From NCBI GenBank assembly GCA_035995165.1, contig DASYKU010000112.1, positions 2,377 through 66,376 on the forward strand: 64,000 nucleotides of DNA. The letters run 5' to 3'. Position numbers and translations under genes: made by a program. This stretch comes from Mycobacteriales bacterium (GTDB taxonomy: Bacteria > Actinomycetota > Actinomycetes > Mycobacteriales > CADCTP01). The notes under the pieces are model-generated. The model did not search any database, was not told the origin of the DNA, and was given only the letters and a program-made list of their open reading frames with translations. Shown here piece after piece: positions 61,261 to 64,000 of this stretch (its first letter is position 1; each line of letters starts with the position of its first letter).

Positions 61261-61384
61261 GTCAACCGACTCCCGTCAGCCCGTGAGACGACACGATCCC
61301 ACGTCTACCGCCGCCGTCATATCCCGTCGGGGAGCCGGGGCGCCACGGCTCGATAAGCCGACACGCAGCCCCCGACTGAGCTCA

Positions 61385-61640
61385 GGGGTCCTTCTCCAGG
61401 CGCGCGCTGACGTCCAGCTCGTCCGTTGACTCGACCCGGTGCAGCGCTCGTGGTCGAAACCGCCGGGACGCCGAGGAAGGCCCGCCACCGATGCCCGGTC
61501 GGCTCGCAGGCCACCGTGACGCCGGCGAAGCCATGGGCGGCGGCCCGGTCCAGCGCGGCGCGGCGCCGAGATCCCAGGCCCGGCACCGGGACGCCTTCCG
61601 GGCCAGCCCCGTAAGCCCGGATGCACCGAACCGAATTGCT
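61385..61640 (-). mobile_element. IS110-family transposase fragment (part of the DEDD/RuvC-like domain), frameshifted and truncated
   Basis: The minus-strand translation ...AALDRAAAHGFAGVTVACEPTGHRWRAFLG is followed, in another frame, by ...ALHRVESTDELDVSARLEKDP*. Confidence 0.5.
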
Positions 61641-61713
61641 GCCGAGTCTTGTTGATCTGGGGTCGGGGTGAGCGTGGTGCGGCCGTGTGTGAGCTGCCGG
61701 TCTGCCCGGTCTT

Positions 61714-62776
61714 TTGGACGTCGGCAAGGTCGTGAACGGCCTCGGTCAATGGCAAGTGCTCACCAAGCTGGAGTCCATGACGGTAGCCGCCGGTTCTCGG
61801 GCAGCGCCTGCGATCCTCGGCTGTCGTGCGGTGTACCAGCGTGAGGGCGGGAGTCTGGAAACGGCAGTCCAGCTTCTCGACCGTGCGATCGGGTCAGCGC
61901 AGGTAAGCCCGGGAGCCACCCGGTGGCTCTCGTTGGAGCGAGCGCAGATACTCGTGAGGCTCGACCGGAACGACGAAGCACGCACCGCGCTGGACGATCT
62001 GGCCCGGTCCGGGTTCCCCGCCGAGCGGCTCGGATACTGGTTCGCCGTTCTCGACGAGCGAGCCGGCCGGTTCCCCGCCGTGCTCGAGTGGACCAGCGGC
62101 GACCAGGCCGACCCGGCCGTAAGCCGGGGCGCACACTCGATGGCGGCTTTCGTCCTGCTTGCCAACGGCAGATTTCCCGGAGCCCAGCGCGAATTCTGGA
62201 TCACCACCACGGTCGCTGAAGCGGCAACCTCCCCGGTGATGGAGGCACTCCTGCGTGAGTACGTTTCCTGGAGCGTGTCCTGGACGGAGCCGGAGCGTGG
62301 CGCCGCGCTGGCCGCGGCGGCCCTGGAGGCGAATGAGCGGATGGGCAGCACCATCGGCATCGCGCGATCTCTGGCCCGCGCTGGCGGAGGTCGGATCCGT
62401 TCCGCTGCCCGGCGTTCTTCGGCGGACGGCCGAGAGCATCGAACTCATGCGGAGAGCGGGTTATCGATCGGACTGCGTGCATCCACTCATGGTGGAGGCC
62501 CTGGCCTTCGCCGTCGCAGGCGACATCACGGGTCTGATCGAGGCTCGGCGGCAGCTCTGTGACCTCACCACGTCGTTACGCACGCACGGCCATCTGGAGC
62601 AGATTTCCCTGTGGTGGTTGGAGGAAGTCTCCCGAGCTGCAGGATCCGATGTCACGGTGGGTGAGGTGCCGTGCGCGTGGCAGCACGAGCCCGTGCAGTG
62701 GCTCGACGGAGCGGCCGAGGCCAGGCACCAGTGGGTGGAGGTGCTGACCACGCGACCGAGGACTGCCGCCCGCTGA
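61714..62776 (+). pseudogene. TPR-like helical-repeat hypothetical protein, frameshifted near 62360
   Basis: ORF 61714..62562 reads credibly to ...EANERMGSTIGIA. ORF 62255..62776 reads credibly from ...RDLWPALAEVGSVPLPGVLRRTAESIELMRRAGY... to the stop at 62776. Confidence 0.55.
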
Positions 62777-62779
62777 CAC

Positions 62780-62865
62780 CGGCCGCCGCCGAGGACATTC
62801 TCCCGCTGGTCGAGGACCTCGATCGTTGCTGACAGCCTGTGCGGGTCTACTCCGATGAGACGCGG
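62780..62865 (-). mobile_element. IS110-family transposase N-terminal fragment
   Basis: The minus-strand translation ...RLIGVDPHRLSATIEVLDQRENVLGGGR is the typical IS110 N-terminal DEDD motif region. No start codon is retained. Confidence 0.5.
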
Positions 62866-63120
62866 CCCACGCCGCCCTCCTCGCCTGCCGATTACTGTGG
62901 ACCGGCGAGGAGGGCAACGCTCCTTCGAGCAGAACAGGCCCTTCTCGGCCACCCACGCCGCGGTGCCCGGCCAGGATGCCCTATAGGCGAGCCTGCACCG
63001 AAGGCGATACGGCTGACAATCGCTTCGGGCGGTGCGGCGCTCTCATCGGTACAGCAGTGACGCGCGGGCCGGACGTACTGACAACGGGTCCGGCGAGGCA
63101 GGTCCGGCGTTGACGTGACT

Positions 63121-64000
63121 TCAGCCGCGCCGGCGACGGGCGCCGAGGACTGCGCCGAGCCCGGCGGCGGAGGCGGCGGCCGCCCCGAGCAGGCCGTGAT
63201 GCTGCGAAGCCCACGCCTGGGCGCTGCGCGGGTGGGAACGGTCGTCGAAGTCGCCGTGGGCGCCGAAGTCGTGGCCGCTCCCGCTGTCGGCCGCGTGCCA
63301 CAGGTTGGCGGGCTGATCGGGGTCGCGCCGCTGGCCGGTCTGCTGGGAGGAGTAGCCGGACCGGGCCAGATACCGGTCGAGCAGGCCGGGTGCGATCGCG
63401 TTGGCGGCGAGGGTGGCCGCCGTGGACGCGCCGACCCAGTACTCGCGGCGGCGAGGATGGTCGGCAGCGTGCACGACGGCCCGCGCGGCGACCCCGGGCT
63501 GGTAGATCGGCGGGACGGGCTGCGCGTGCCTGGGCAACCGGGACAGGACCCAGTCGAACTGTGGGGTGTTCACCGCCGGCATCTGGACCATGGTCACGTG
63601 CACGTTGCTGTGGTCGTGCAGGAGCTCGCAGCGCAGAGCCTCGTGAAACCCCTGGATGGCGTGCTTCGCGCCGCAGTAGGCGGTCTGCAGCGGGATCCCG
63701 CGGTACGCCAAGGTCGATCCGACCTGCACGATCGTGCCCCGGTCGCGCGGCAGCATCCGCTTCAGCGCGGCCTTGGTTCCGTAGACGAAGCCGAGGTAGC
63801 TGACCTCGGTGACGCGGGCGAACTCCTCCGGCTCTATCTCGGCGAAGGGCGCGAAGACCGAGGTGAACGCATCGTTGATCCACACGTCGATCGGGCCGAG
63901 CTCGTCCTCGACGCGGCTCGCGACCTGGTCGACCCGGGCGTGGTCGGCGACGTCGACGGAGATCGGCAGGGCGGTGCCGCCGGCGGTCTCGACGTCCTCG
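63121..64000 (-). CDS. SDR-family oxidoreductase with C-terminal hydrophobic tail (5' end beyond the window)
   Basis: ORF 63121..63885 continues in frame to the window edge (...ALPISVDVADHARVDQVASRVEDELGPIDVWINDA...). Catalytic motif YCGAKHA. The tail GLLGAAAASAAGLGAVLGARRRRG looks like a membrane anchor. Confidence 0.85.
   Translation of the reverse strand, partial: EDVETAGGTALPISVDVADHARVDQVASRVEDELGPIDVWINDAFTSVFAPFAEIEPEEFARVTEVSYLGFVYGTKAALKRMLPRDRGTIVQVGSTLAYRGIPLQTAYCGAKHAIQGFHEALRCELLHDHSNVHVTMVQMPAVNTPQFDWVLSRLPRHAQPVPPIYQPGVAARAVVHAADHPRRREYWVGASTAATLAANAIAPGLLDRYLARSGYSSQQTGQRRDPDQPANLWHAADSGSGHDFGAHGDFDDRSHPRSAQAWASQHHGLLGAAAASAAGLGAVLGARRRRG

Overview
64-kb, very GC-rich Actinomycetota-type chromosomal segment: GC3-saturated codons, frequent GTG/TTG starts, many 4-nt ATGA/GTGA start-stop overlaps. 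I can support about 60 protein-coding genes. I found no rRNA, no CRISPR, no intact tRNA and no intact transposase or integrase. The window falls into four blocks. (A) 1-26.8 kb is an orphan organic-acid catabolic supercluster. It holds a NitT/TauT-type ABC importer, an enolase-superfamily enzyme, FAH-fold hydratases/hydrolases, two MBL hydrolases and an FMN hydroxy-acid dehydrogenase. It also holds three paralogous ThDP enzymes, MmgE/PrpD, a TcuA-like flavoprotein, two aldehyde dehydrogenases and an MFS transporter. It has a single GntR regulator, and a GTAT(A/G)C heptamer recurs in its promoter regions. (B) 26.9-32.7 kb is an IS6-family element whose transposase gene appears split by about 5 kb. 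The insert carries an IS3 scrap, two tandem glycine-rich lipoprotein paralogues, a membrane-anchored beta-propeller-like protein and a DinB/DUF664 protein. (C) 32.8-56.15 kb is a second catabolic island: lactonase/GntR/FAH/SDR, an orphan lipoyl domain plus E1 alpha/beta, a CUT1 sugar importer, CE7 esterase, DapA-family aldolase, AGE epimerase and ROK kinase among others. It has its own GTT(G/T)ACA promoter motif. It is bounded by a 40-bp direct repeat (39/40) derived from the 3' end of a moaD/thiS-like gene. Its right end holds mobile-element debris and the 3' half of a tRNA-Pro(CGG). (D) 56.1-64 kb holds a translationally coupled BNR/Asp-box protein plus diglycine MoaD/ThiS-like protein and a decayed partner-switching module (frameshifted RsbW-like kinase, GAF-PP2C phosphatase). 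It also holds a B12-binding protein without a DNA-binding domain, IS110 fragments and a frameshifted TPR-like gene. All functional calls come from my own motif-level reading of the translated ORFs, not from database searches. Many long ORFs in the six-frame track are Arg/Pro/Gly-rich antisense or off-frame artefacts of the high GC content and were discarded.
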